Of a DNA stretch of 57,870 nt, positions 38,344 through 48,258 are shown in pieces (position 1 is the first letter of the stretch; every line of letters begins with the position of its first letter). This stretch comes from Myxococcales bacterium (GTDB lineage Bacteria > Myxococcota_A > UBA9042). Where the stretch lies: assembly GCA_037441385.1 (NCBI GenBank), contig JBBISH010000026.1, positions 1 through 57,870 on the forward strand, written 5' to 3'. The position numbers and the translations under genes were made by a program. Below the pieces are notes generated by a model, which worked only from the letters and a program-made list of their open reading frames with translations, was not told where the DNA came from and searched no databases.

Positions 38344-40464
38344 GTGAACCACCTGCCCCGACTGCTGCTGGCCAGTGCCAACTCCAAGAAGCTCAAGGAA
38401 CTGCAAGAAACGGCAGCGGTTCTGGGCGTGCAGGCTCTGGGGCCGGCGGAGTGGTTGGCTCAGCGCCAGGCGCTGTGGACGACCAGCGTCTTGCCGCCGC
38501 TACCCGACGTGGCAGAGGACGGCGAAACCTTTGTGCAAAACGGGTTGTTGAAGGCGCTCTCGGCCCTGCGCCACGCGCGCCTCCACGGCGACATGGAAGT
38601 CTCGGTCCTGGCGGACGACTCGGGGCTTTGCCTGGCGGCGTTGGGCGGCAAGCCTGGGCTCCACAGTGCCCGCTGGGCCGACGTGCAGGGGCGTCCGGCT
38701 GAGGTGGATGTCCCAACGGATGCCCGCAACCGCAAGCAAGTGCTGCAAGATCTGGCGCTCGCGGCGGACCGCAGTGCTTGGTTCGAGTGCACGCTGGTGC
38801 TGGCGGGACCGCTGGCGGCCGGTCCAGGCTGTGGCCATAGTGACGACGGGCTGCCGTGGCGGGCGTTTGTCGGGCGCTGCCATGGGCGGCTGCTGCAAAC
38901 CGAGGAAGGAGACGGCGGTTTTGGCTACGACCCGCTGTTCTGGTCGCACGAGTTGGGCCAGACCTTTGCCACGGCCGCCGCGGAGCAGAAGCACGCGGTG
39001 AGCCACCGTGGCCAGGCGATGGCGCGATTGGCGGCCTACCTGCAGCAGCGGCCGGCGTGGTCGGGCGAGCAGAAGCCTATGTATCTGCGTCCGTTGGGGT
39101 TGGACGTCTTGACCGAAGCGCTGCGGCGCTCGCTGGAAAAGAACTTGCGCTATGCGGATGCCGCGCTCGAGATGGCCTTGGGACATGCGCCCCAACTGGG
39201 CGCCAAGGAGCGGCAGGCGGCGGCGCAGATTCACTGGCACACTTTGCGGCGCTTGGGCTTGTTGGCGCTGGCTTCGCTGGCCTTGCGGGGGCGGCAGAAG
39301 CCGGAACATGCTTTGGATCCAAGGGCGTGCGATCCCAGGCAGGCCCGCGTGTTGGCCCTGCTGGCGCTCAGCGACCTGGACCCGCACGGGCAGCCGCGCC
39401 AACCCACCAAGAAGAACGAGCCGACCGCCCTGCACGGCCTGCTCCAGCGCAACCCTGCTTTGGCGAACAACTTGCCGGCCAGCGCCGACCAACTGGCAAC
39501 TGCGTTGCGTGCGGCCAGCTATGCCAGTCACGCTTGGCCGGCCGACGAGCGAGCGGCGGTCGACCTGGGCTATACTGGCGAATTCGTCAGGCAATTGCGC
39601 GAGCAGTGGGATACCGAGCGCGCCGAGCTGGTGCTGCGCTACCTCAACCACCGCGGGCCCCTGACGCTGCGGGTCAATCCAGCCAAGGCGACCCGGACCG
39701 CGGTGGCGACCGAGCTGGCCAAGCAGGACATCGCCACGATCGCGATCCCGGGGCTGGGCCACGGGTTGTGGTGTGTCGAGTCGGCGCGGGTCACGGCGAC
39801 GGCGGCTTTTGCCGAGGGGCGGTTCGAGATCCAAGACGAGGGAAGTCAACGGATTGTGCAAGCGGCTGCGGTCGTGCCGGGGCAGACTGTGCTCGATTGG
39901 TGCGCGGGTGCTGGCGGCAAGACGCTCGCGCTGGGGGCGGCTTTGGCGGTTGCCGGCGGGCCGCAAGCGGGCCGACTGGTGGCCTGTGACACCCACGCCG
40001 ACCGCTTGGAGCAGTGCAAGCGGCGCGCCGAACGGGCCGGACTTGCGGTCGAGACGCGCGTGCTGGACAAGTCCGAGCGGCCGTTGCGCGATCTGGTCGA
40101 CGCCGTGGATGTGGTGGTCGTGGACGCGCCGTGCTCTTCGACGGGCGCGCTGCGGCGCAACCCCGAGCTGCGGTGGCACCTGGACGCCGATTGGCTGGGG
40201 CGCTTCCCCGCTCAGCAACTGGCGATTGCCCGGCGCGCGGCGCGGCACTGCAAGGTCGGAGGACGGCTGGTGTACGCCACCTGCAGCCTGATGGAGCGCG
40301 AAAACGAGGGGGTGGTCGCGGCATTCCTGGCGAGCGGTGCACCCTTTGAGCTGTTGTCCAGCCAGCGCATCGGTGCCGCGGACCCCACTTGGCTGGCCAC
40401 GCACCCGGCGCCGGAATTTGGCCCAGACGGGTTCTTTGTGGCGGTACTGCGCCGGATTCGTTGA
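38344..40464 (+). CDS. Fusion of RdgB/HAM1 non-canonical purine NTP pyrophosphatase and RsmB/NOP-family RNA m5C methyltransferase
   Basis: N half: ASANSKKLKE, ETFVQN..KA, ADDSGL, PGLHSARWA, GFGYDPLF, SHRGQA. C half: LRVN, QDEGSQ, DWCAGAGGKT, VDAPCSSTG.LRRNPE, YATCS..EN, DGFFVA. No stop between them. Confidence 0.88.
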   Translation: MNHLPRLLLASANSKKLKELQETAAVLGVQALGPAEWLAQRQALWTTSVLPPLPDVAEDGETFVQNGLLKALSALRHARLHGDMEVSVLADDSGLCLAALGGKPGLHSARWADVQGRPAEVDVPTDARNRKQVLQDLALAADRSAWFECTLVLAGPLAAGPGCGHSDDGLPWRAFVGRCHGRLLQTEEGDGGFGYDPLFWSHELGQTFATAAAEQKHAVSHRGQAMARLAAYLQQRPAWSGEQKPMYLRPLGLDVLTEALRRSLEKNLRYADAALEMALGHAPQLGAKERQAAAQIHWHTLRRLGLLALASLALRGRQKPEHALDPRACDPRQARVLALLALSDLDPHGQPRQPTKKNEPTALHGLLQRNPALANNLPASADQLATALRAASYASHAWPADERAAVDLGYTGEFVRQLREQWDTERAELVLRYLNHRGPLTLRVNPAKATRTAVATELAKQDIATIAIPGLGHGLWCVESARVTATAAFAEGRFEIQDEGSQRIVQAAAVVPGQTVLDWCAGAGGKTLALGAALAVAGGPQAGRLVACDTHADRLEQCKRRAERAGLAVETRVLDKSERPLRDLVDAVDVVVVDAPCSSTGALRRNPELRWHLDADWLGRFPAQQLAIARRAARHCKVGGRLVYATCSLMERENEGVVAAFLASGAPFELLSSQRIGAADPTWLATHPAPEFGPDGFFVAVLRRIR

Positions 40465-40572
40465 GCCTTTGCCAGGCGTCGCCGACAGCGGTGCGGCCGA
40501 ATTCGCTTGCACTTTGCGGCAATTTCGGGCTTAATCTTGCGCCCCCGCTGCCCGGCGGGCCAGGCCGTCCCC

Positions 40573-42069
40573 ATGACCAGACCCACCGATCACCCACCCC
40601 GTCGACCGCAAAGCAACCGGCCCAAGCGCGAAAAAGGTTCGGTCCGCGGCGGGGCTGTGCGCCGTCGCCCTGCCGACAAGCCCGCGACCCCTGGCCACGA
40701 CAGCGATGCGCCCCGCTCGGGTCCGCGCGGCCCTGGCGACGCCCCCCGTATCCGCGACCAGGGCCATGCGCTGGACCGGCCGAATGCCCCGCGCTACGAG
40801 CCCAACGCCGTGCGCAAGCCGCGCCGCCAGCAGGCGATGACGCGTTCGGGCGTCCCACAACCCATCGATCCTTTGAAGGATCCCGTGGTCGTGGCTGCTC
40901 CAGAGCCGCCCGTCACGGCTGCGCCGATCGTCGAACGCGCCCACGAACCGGACTACTCGGTCGGGTCGTGGAGCGAGGATCCGCTGAGCGACGCTCAGGT
41001 TGCGGCGCGCCAAGACGCGGTGGACTCCGGCGAGTTCCGCTTTGGTGCGGCGGTGTTGGCCGGTCAGCCCAATGCGGGCAAGTCGACTCTGCTCAACCGC
41101 CTGCTGGGCGAAAAGCTGGCGATCGTCAGCCCCAAACCGCAGACCACGCGCGACAACATCCGCGGCATCTTGACCACGGCCAAGGCGCAGGTGGTGTTTC
41201 TGGACACGCCCGGCATCCACAAGGCCCGCACGCCGCTCAACCGCGCGATGGTGGGCCAGGCCGTGGAGGCGTTGGAGACGGTGGACGTCGTGGTGCTCGT
41301 CGTGGACGCGCCCAAAGCGGCCCGCTGGGCCGAGCGCGCCGGCACCAAGCCCGACCTGGCCGATGCCGAAGCCGCGGCCGAGTTGGACGACGACGACGGG
41401 CAAGACAAAACCCAAGAAAATCCGAATGTAGAAAATGACCGACAGTCTGCGAGCGAGCTGGCGCTACACCGCGGGATTCACCCTGGCGACTGCGGGGTCA
41501 TCCGCGAGATCCTGCGGCACAATCGCAAGTGGATGATCGCGCTGAACAAGACCGACATCGTCAAGCCGCGGCACCTGCTGCCAGTGATGCAGGCGCTGGG
41601 GTCGGCGCCGGGCGTGGGGCCGATCGTGCCCATCAGCGCCTGGACCGCCGATGGGGTGCGCGGCTTGGTCGACGAGATCATCAAGTACATGCCCCTGGGG
41701 CAACCGGAATTTGCTGCGGACGAGCTCACCGACCGGCCTTTGCGGTTCCTGGCGGCGGAGTTGGTGCGCGAGCAGGTGTTCCTGCAGACCCGCGAGGAAG
41801 TGCCGTACGGCGTGGCCTGCGAGACCGAGGTGTGGGAGGAGCTGCAAGACCTGACCCACATTCAGGTTTTGGTCCATGTGGAAAAGCCGGCTCAGCGGGC
41901 TATCCTCATTGGCAAGCAAGGACAGCGCATGAAGGCGCTCGCCACCGCCGCACGCAAGCAGATGGAACGCCAGACCGGCCGCAAAGTGTTCTTGGAAGTG
42001 CACGTGCGGGTCGAGCCCAACTGGCCTGAGCGCATCGAGAAACTACGCGATTTTGGATACTTGACATGA
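40573..42069 (+). CDS. era: GTPase Era with long basic N-terminal extension and acidic insertion
   Basis: GQPNAGKSTL, SPKPQTTR, DTPG, NKTD, ISA, EEVPY, ILIGKQG KH domain, KVFLEVHVRV. Confidence 0.93.
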   Translation: MTRPTDHPPRRPQSNRPKREKGSVRGGAVRRRPADKPATPGHDSDAPRSGPRGPGDAPRIRDQGHALDRPNAPRYEPNAVRKPRRQQAMTRSGVPQPIDPLKDPVVVAAPEPPVTAAPIVERAHEPDYSVGSWSEDPLSDAQVAARQDAVDSGEFRFGAAVLAGQPNAGKSTLLNRLLGEKLAIVSPKPQTTRDNIRGILTTAKAQVVFLDTPGIHKARTPLNRAMVGQAVEALETVDVVVLVVDAPKAARWAERAGTKPDLADAEAAAELDDDDGQDKTQENPNVENDRQSASELALHRGIHPGDCGVIREILRHNRKWMIALNKTDIVKPRHLLPVMQALGSAPGVGPIVPISAWTADGVRGLVDEIIKYMPLGQPEFAADELTDRPLRFLAAELVREQVFLQTREEVPYGVACETEVWEELQDLTHIQVLVHVEKPAQRAILIGKQGQRMKALATAARKQMERQTGRKVFLEVHVRVEPNWPERIEKLRDFGYLT

Positions 42070-43928
42070 GCACCCGCCGCACCGACAAGCCCGAGGAAGG
42101 GCGCTCTACCCCGGCCCCTGCGGTCGCCGCCGCGGACCTGGACGCGGCTGCCGCGTTGGACGTCGACGAAGACGCCGATCTGGACGCCGATCTGGACGCC
42201 GACGGCGAGCTGGGGGACGACGACGACTTCGCCGAAGCCGACGCCGACTACGGCGACGCCGCGACCGACGGACCCGACTGGGACGACGGCGCCGCGACCG
42301 ACGGCGCCGATTGGGACGAAGCGGCCGCGGCCGCGCCGACGTGGAATCCGCCGGTGGTGGCGCTGGTCGGGCGGCCCAATGTGGGCAAGTCGACCCTGTT
42401 CAACCGCTTGATTGGCCAGCGGACCGCGATCACGTTCGACACGCCCGGCGTGACTCGTGACCGGCACTACGCGCTGGCGCGGTACGGACTGCACCAGATC
42501 CAAGTCATCGATACGGGTGGGTTTGCCCCAGGCGACTCGGACGGGATGCTGCCGCTCATGCGCCAGCAGGCCCAAATCGCCATCGACGAAGCCGACGCCA
42601 TCATCTTCATGACCTGCGCGCGCGAAGGTCTGCTGCCGGCCGACGAAGAGATCGCGCGGGTGCTGCGCCGAACCCAGAAGCCCGTGTTTCTGTGCGCCAA
42701 CAAGGCCGACACAGCGAGCCTGGACGCGGACGCCATGGCCATGTACGCGCTGGGCTTTGACGAGGTGTGGCCGATCGCTGCCGAGCACAACCGCGGCGTC
42801 TTGGACCTGATGGAGGCCGTGGAGAACGCCCTGGGCGAACGCGGTCACTGGGAGGGCGAGCCCGACCACGACGAAAAGCCCCAGCTCGAGCGCGTGCGCG
42901 GCGGGCGGGTCGAGCGGGTGCGCGTGTGCTTTGTCGGCAAGCCGAACGTGGGCAAGTCCACCCTGATCAACAAGCTGTTGGGCCACGAGCGCGTCATCTG
43001 CGCCGACCAGCCGGGCACCACTCGCGACGCGATCGATGTCGATTTCTCGTGGCGCAACCGCGCGTTCACACTTGTGGACACCGCCGGTCTGCGCCGCAAG
43101 CGCGCCATCCACGATTTGGTCGAGCAGTACTCGGTCAGCCAGTCCGTGCGCGCCATCGAGCGCAGCCACGTGGCCGTCTTGGTGCTAGACGCGAGCCAGG
43201 GCCTGAGCGACCAGGACAGCAAGATCGCCGCGCTGGTGCAGGACCGCGGTCGTGCTTGCGTGGTGGCCATCAACAAGTGGGACGCGGTCGAGGGAAAAGA
43301 CAGCAAGCTCTCGCGGGGTTACGAGCTCGACCTGGAACGGATCATGCCGTTCCTGTCGTATTGCCCCAAGGTGTTCCTGTCGGCCAAGACTGGCCAGCGG
43401 GTCGAAAAGACCTTTGAGACGGTGGAGAAGGTCTACGAGAACTTCAACCGCCGCGTGCCGACGCACCAGTTCAACAAGTGGTTGATTGCGTTGCAAGAGC
43501 GCGTCCAGCCGCCCACGTTCCGCGGCCGCAAGCTGCGCATGTACTACGGGGCCCAACTGGCGGTGCGACCGCCCCGATTCGTCATTTCGGTCAACATGCT
43601 GGGCGCGATCTCGCCGGCCTACCAGCGCTTCTTGATCAACCAGATCCGCGAAACCTGGGACTTCGAAGGCGTGCCGATCCGCTTGGACCTGAAGAAGAAG
43701 CCGGAGCGCAAGGCCCGCCGCGTTACCGAAGCGCTGGCCGTGTCGGCGGTTACGGGCGAGGACCCGACCCTGCTGGGCTGGGACGGCGTGGAGCCGCACG
43801 ATTTTGGCGGCGACGACGGCGACGACGAGGACCTGGGCGACGAGTACGACGCGGTGGACGAGGCCGAGTGGGCCGACGACGACGCCCAGCCGACCACGGC
43901 CAGCCGACCGAGCAAGCACTCCAAGTAG
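42066..43928 (+). CDS. der: Ribosome biogenesis GTPase Der (EngA) with acidic terminal extensions
   Basis: Two G domains (GRPNVGKSTLFN, PGVTRD, DTGG, NKAD; GKPNVGKSTL, GTTRD, DTAG, NKWD) plus KH-like C-terminal domain; ATGA overlap with era. Confidence 0.96.
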   Translation: MSTRRTDKPEEGRSTPAPAVAAADLDAAAALDVDEDADLDADLDADGELGDDDDFAEADADYGDAATDGPDWDDGAATDGADWDEAAAAAPTWNPPVVALVGRPNVGKSTLFNRLIGQRTAITFDTPGVTRDRHYALARYGLHQIQVIDTGGFAPGDSDGMLPLMRQQAQIAIDEADAIIFMTCAREGLLPADEEIARVLRRTQKPVFLCANKADTASLDADAMAMYALGFDEVWPIAAEHNRGVLDLMEAVENALGERGHWEGEPDHDEKPQLERVRGGRVERVRVCFVGKPNVGKSTLINKLLGHERVICADQPGTTRDAIDVDFSWRNRAFTLVDTAGLRRKRAIHDLVEQYSVSQSVRAIERSHVAVLVLDASQGLSDQDSKIAALVQDRGRACVVAINKWDAVEGKDSKLSRGYELDLERIMPFLSYCPKVFLSAKTGQRVEKTFETVEKVYENFNRRVPTHQFNKWLIALQERVQPPTFRGRKLRMYYGAQLAVRPPRFVISVNMLGAISPAYQRFLINQIRETWDFEGVPIRLDLKKKPERKARRVTEALAVSAVTGEDPTLLGWDGVEPHDFGGDDGDDEDLGDEYDAVDEAEWADDDAQPTTASRPSKHSK

Positions 43929-43982
43929 CCGGGAATTGGGTGGGATTGGCCCGCCCTCCGCGGCGCTGAGGTGGGTCACAGC

Positions 43983-45698
43983 ATGTTGACAGCGTTGCGG
44001 ATTCGCGACTTTGCCATCCTGGAGGCCGTGGATCTGCCGCTCGGGCCCGGCCTGACCGCCATCACGGGCGAGACCGGTGCCGGCAAGTCGATCCTGCTGG
44101 ATGCGCTGGCGTTGGCGCTGGGCGGTCGCGCGAGCGACAAAGCGATTCGCCACGGCCAAAGCCAGGCCGAGGTCGAGACGCAATTCGAAGGCGTGGTCGA
44201 GCCCAGCGTTCTTGCCGAGTTGCGTGATTACGGTATCGCCCTGGACGATCAAGGCACTCTGATCTTGCGGCGCGTCGTGGGGCAGGGCGTGGGCAAGAGC
44301 CGCTGCTGGATCAACGGGCGGCTGGTCACCGCCGCGCAGCTGCGCAAGATCGCGACGCCACTGGTGGATCTGTCGGCGCAACACGCGCAGCACCGGCTCT
44401 TGGAACCGGCGGCGCACTTGGACATCCTGGACCGGTTTGCCGGCCACCTGGAGCTGCTGCAGGCCTACGGCGAGCACTACCAGGCGTGGCAGCGCATCTG
44501 CCGCGAGCTGGACGAGCTGCGCGCGCGTCAACACCAAGCCGCCGACCGCCTGGACTACCTGCGCTATGTGCACAAAGAGCTTGCGGATCTTGCGCCCAAG
44601 GACGGCGAGATGGCCGAGTTGCAGCAGCGCATCGCCGTGCTGCGCGCCACGGACAAGCTGGCCAAGGGACTGGGCGAAGCCCACGAAGCGCTGGAAGGGA
44701 CCGGCGGGATGGGCGAATTGGCAGCCAAGGTGGCGCGCACCCTGGGCCGGCTGGAGGCGGTGGATAGCCAGATCGCCGACCTGGCCTCGCGCGCCCGCGA
44801 TCTGGAGGCGATTGCCGGCGATTTGGGCTTTGACGTGGCCAGCTACGCGCGCAACCTGCCACGCGACGATCGCGAATTGGCCCGCGCGTCGGAGCGGTTG
44901 GATGCTCTGACCCGTGCCATGCGCAAATACGGCGGCAGCGAAGCCGCGATGGTCGAGCGACTCGCGCAAGTCACGACCGAGCTGGACGGCGCGACCGACG
45001 AACTGCGCACCCACGAGCTGGAGCGCGCCGAGGCGACGGAACGCAAGCACTGCGAGGGCCTTGCGGAGCAGCTCCACGAGCGACGCGAGCTGGCAGCCCG
45101 GCCGCTGGGCGAGAAGATCAGCGATGTCGTGCGGCAGTTGGGGATGCCGTCGGCCATCGTGCGGGCGCAGCTCAGCGCCGAGGCGCAGCAACTGTCGGCC
45201 ACGGGCTACACCCGCGCCGCGCTGTGGCTGCGGGCCAACTTGGGCGAGAGCGAGGGACCGCTGCATGAAGTGGCGTCGGGCGGCGAGCTTTCGCGCGTGC
45301 TGCTGGCGGTGCAGCGGGCCTTGGGCGATGCCGCGTGGAGCGGCCTGCAACTGGCCGATACGGTGAATGTTTTGCCCACTGCCATCTACGACGAGGCCGA
45401 CGCCGGGCTGTCCGGCACGACTGGGTTGGTCCTGGGCAAATTCCTGCGTGAAATTGGCGAGCGCCAGCAGGTGATCTGCATCTCGCACTTGCCGCAGGTC
45501 GCCGCCGCCGCCGATCACCATGTGCAGGTCATCAAGCGCGAGCGCGACGGCCGCACTCACTCCACGCTGCAGCGGCTGCAGGGCGACGATCGCTTGGCCG
45601 AGCTGGCGCGGATGCTGGGCATCGTCGACGGCGAACGCGATACTGCGCTGGAACACGCCCGCCAGTTGCTAACCAGCCAGGGCCGCACGCCGCAGTAG
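43983..45698 (+). CDS. recN: DNA repair protein RecN
   Basis: LRIRDFAIL, TGETGAGKSIL, coiled coil, ASGGELSR, DEADAG, CISHLPQVAA, ELARML. Confidence 0.95.
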   Translation: MLTALRIRDFAILEAVDLPLGPGLTAITGETGAGKSILLDALALALGGRASDKAIRHGQSQAEVETQFEGVVEPSVLAELRDYGIALDDQGTLILRRVVGQGVGKSRCWINGRLVTAAQLRKIATPLVDLSAQHAQHRLLEPAAHLDILDRFAGHLELLQAYGEHYQAWQRICRELDELRARQHQAADRLDYLRYVHKELADLAPKDGEMAELQQRIAVLRATDKLAKGLGEAHEALEGTGGMGELAAKVARTLGRLEAVDSQIADLASRARDLEAIAGDLGFDVASYARNLPRDDRELARASERLDALTRAMRKYGGSEAAMVERLAQVTTELDGATDELRTHELERAEATERKHCEGLAEQLHERRELAARPLGEKISDVVRQLGMPSAIVRAQLSAEAQQLSATGYTRAALWLRANLGESEGPLHEVASGGELSRVLLAVQRALGDAAWSGLQLADTVNVLPTAIYDEADAGLSGTTGLVLGKFLREIGERQQVICISHLPQVAAAADHHVQVIKRERDGRTHSTLQRLQGDDRLAELARMLGIVDGERDTALEHARQLLTSQGRTPQ

Positions 45699-45737
45699 CC
45701 CTGGGCAGGTCTGCGCAAAGGTGCCACCATATCGACC

Positions 45738-47117
45738 ATGGCGAACGAACTCCCCAAACAGGCCCTGCGCCCCCAGAACCCGCAGCGCCTGGCTGCCGCC
45801 GAGCCCGATGAGGGCCCGGAACTGCCGGTCGAGGCGCTCAGCGACCTGTTGGCCGAAGGCTTTGACGCGGCCGATGTGCCCAGTCTGGCCGCTGCTCAGG
45901 CCGGTCTCAGCTATTTCGCCTTGCTGCGCGACTTGGTGCGCTTGGGCGAAGCCGATTTTGCCGTTCGTCTGGCCGTGCTCACGGAATTGGCCGGCTCCGA
46001 CCGCACTCGCTGGGAACCCGAGGCGGTCGCTCGCCATTTTGCCTGGCTGACCTCCGAGGCGCGCTCGGCCGTGCTGCGGAGCCTGCGCAAGGGCGGCTGG
46101 CTCGAAGTCATCGAAGGCGCCGTGCGCCTGACCGATCGCGGCGAGGCCCTTTACGCTGTGATTTCGCGGGTGCTCGGCATCCAGCCGCAGGAAGGCGATC
46201 TGGCGCTGGGCGTGCTGAACGTCGAACTGTCGCGCGATCTGGGCCACGAGCAGACCCACGCGCTGCGCCACCTGCACCACAACCTGCGGCGCATCGTCGA
46301 CATTGCCGAAGAGGCGGTGGGGTCCCACTCGGAAGTCCGCGTGCTGGAAGCGCAAGATCGCATCGAGCGCAACCTGGCTTGGGCGCGGCGGGCGCGCTCG
46401 GCGATCGAGAGCCTGGACCTGAGCGACGGCGGCAGCTACCGCGTGGCGCAGTCAGTGGGGCAGTCCCTGTCGGAATTGCACCAGTGGCAAGCGGTGTTGC
46501 AGCGTGCGGTGGGCGATCTCCAAGCCAAGCGCATCCAACTGGGCCGCACGGGGCTATCGCTCACCGACGTGACCTCGTTCTTGATGCGCTGCGATCTGGA
46601 GCAGTTGGCGGATTTTGGTCGGCCGCTGGTGTCGATGCCGGTCACGCCGCAGTTCCTGATTCTGGACAACGTGCTGAGCGAGGCCGAGTACGAATTCGTG
46701 CAAGCGCCGGACCGCAGCGAGCTGCCGATGGCGGTGGGCTGGGCGCTGGGCGATCCCGAGATGGCGCCGCCGGGCCAGCCGGATATTCCCGAATTCACAG
46801 CGCTCGACGCCTTTGTGAGCGACATCAAGGCGCTGGTGCAAAAGGGCGGGGCGCAGAAGCTGTCGGCCTTTGTCCCGCGACGCAGTTGGGCCGAAAGTGC
46901 CTATCGACTCAGCCTGTTGGCCCTGGGTGAGTCCGTGGGGCCGGTCAACAGCGCGGGCGAGGCCGAGCAGGGCGACGGCGACCACGTGGTCCTGGACTTG
47001 CAGGCCTTGCGTGGCTCGCCGTTCGAGGTGCTGGTGCCGGGCGACGGCAGCGAGAAGGACCGCATCTTCTCGGACACGGCGGGCGAAATTTCGCGCGGCG
47101 TGGTGCGCTTGCGGTAA
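45738..47117 (+). CDS. Hypothetical protein with winged-helix and helical bundle, MukF/MksF/JetA (kleisin)-like
   Basis: 459-aa ORF; wHTH-like segment AVLRSLRKGGWLEVIEGAVRLTDRG followed by long amphipathic helices. The kleisin-like call is resemblance only. Confidence 0.55.
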   Translation: MANELPKQALRPQNPQRLAAAEPDEGPELPVEALSDLLAEGFDAADVPSLAAAQAGLSYFALLRDLVRLGEADFAVRLAVLTELAGSDRTRWEPEAVARHFAWLTSEARSAVLRSLRKGGWLEVIEGAVRLTDRGEALYAVISRVLGIQPQEGDLALGVLNVELSRDLGHEQTHALRHLHHNLRRIVDIAEEAVGSHSEVRVLEAQDRIERNLAWARRARSAIESLDLSDGGSYRVAQSVGQSLSELHQWQAVLQRAVGDLQAKRIQLGRTGLSLTDVTSFLMRCDLEQLADFGRPLVSMPVTPQFLILDNVLSEAEYEFVQAPDRSELPMAVGWALGDPEMAPPGQPDIPEFTALDAFVSDIKALVQKGGAQKLSAFVPRRSWAESAYRLSLLALGESVGPVNSAGEAEQGDGDHVVLDLQALRGSPFEVLVPGDGSEKDRIFSDTAGEISRGVVRLR

Positions 47118-47262
47118 GTGACTGCCACGCACAGGTTGCCACGCATACGTGACACGATTGCCCAACGCAGGCTTGAACCGCTGCAGGGTTGGGCGTAATT
47201 TTTTGGCCCCGTCGGGCACTTTGCTCGCCGGCAGCGACCGCAGTTCGCGGTGGAGTATCGGA

Positions 47263-48258
47263 ATGGATCTGTCGACGACGTGGTTGGGCCTGCCCTTGAA
47301 GAATCCTCTGATCGCGGGCGCTTCGCCGCTCGCCGATGACTTGGGCATGGTTCGCCAGCTCGAGGATGCCGGCGCGGCCGCGATCGTGCTGCGCTCGCTG
47401 TTCGAGGAGCAGATTGAGCGCGACACAGCTGGCTATTTCGACACCGTGGTTGCCCACCACGAGTCGTCGGCCGAGGCGGCGCACTTCTTGCCCCAGAGCA
47501 ACGAGTACATTCTGGGGCCAGAGAAGTACTTGATTCATCTTGAGAACGTGAAGAAGGCTGTGGGCATCCCGGTCGTGGCGTCGCTCAACGGCGTGACCCC
47601 ATCGGGCTGGCTTTCGTACGCCAAGCTGATGGCCGAAGCCGGCGCCGACGCGCTGGAATTGAACCTGTACCACGTGGCCACGGATGCCCGCCACAGCGGC
47701 GCCGAGCTGGAGCAACAACTAGTCGAAACCGTGCACAAAGTCTCGACCGACCTGAGCATTCCGGTGGCGGTCAAGCTGTCGCCCTACTTCTCGTCGCTTG
47801 CGCACCTCAGCGTTGCGTTGAGCCACGCGGGCGCCCGCGGTGCGGTCCTTTTCAACCGTTTCTATCAGCCCGACATCGACATCGAGAACCTGGACGTGCT
47901 CCAGACCCTCAAGTTGTCCGACAGTTCGGAGCTGCTGTTGCGCTTGCGCTGGCTGGCGATCCTTTTTGGCCGCACCAGCCTGGATCTGTGCTGCTCGGGC
48001 GGCGTTCACAACGAGGTCGACGCGCTCAAGGCCTTGATGGCCGGCGCGCGCGCCGTGCAGATGGTGTCCGAGTTGCTGCATCACGGGCCGCAGCGCGTGA
48101 CCGAGACCCTGGCCGGCATCGAGAAGTGGCTGATCGACCACGAGTACGAGTCCCTGGGCCAGTGCATCGGCAGCATGAGCTTGTGGCGCTGCCCGAACCC
48201 AGCGGCCTTTGAGCGCGGCAACTACATGCGCATTCTGCAGCGAGCCCGCTACACGTGA
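47263..48258 (+). CDS. Dihydroorotate dehydrogenase-like FMN protein
   Basis: MDLSTTWLGLPLKNPLIAGASP, SLFEEQI, IPVVASLNG, LELNLY, VKLSPYFS, FNRFYQPDID, FERGNY; GGAG RBS. Confidence 0.9.
   Translation: MDLSTTWLGLPLKNPLIAGASPLADDLGMVRQLEDAGAAAIVLRSLFEEQIERDTAGYFDTVVAHHESSAEAAHFLPQSNEYILGPEKYLIHLENVKKAVGIPVVASLNGVTPSGWLSYAKLMAEAGADALELNLYHVATDARHSGAELEQQLVETVHKVSTDLSIPVAVKLSPYFSSLAHLSVALSHAGARGAVLFNRFYQPDIDIENLDVLQTLKLSDSSELLLRLRWLAILFGRTSLDLCCSGGVHNEVDALKALMAGARAVQMVSELLHHGPQRVTETLAGIEKWLIDHEYESLGQCIGSMSLWRCPNPAAFERGNYMRILQRARYT

Noticed and set aside
40490..40552. Possible fifth, decayed half-copy of the 135-bp repeat (ccgaat..ggcaatttcgggc..ccccgc)
   Set aside because: Only about 60% identity over about 60 nt and needs gaps; not distinguishable from chance without a profile search.
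43185..45656. 823-aa minus-strand ORF, and similar long antisense or alternate-frame ORFs (1942-3732, 5118-7034, 28521-30545, 38500-40512)
   Set aside because: All overlap well-supported genes and are Arg/Gly/Ala-rich, as expected for non-coding frames in high-GC DNA.
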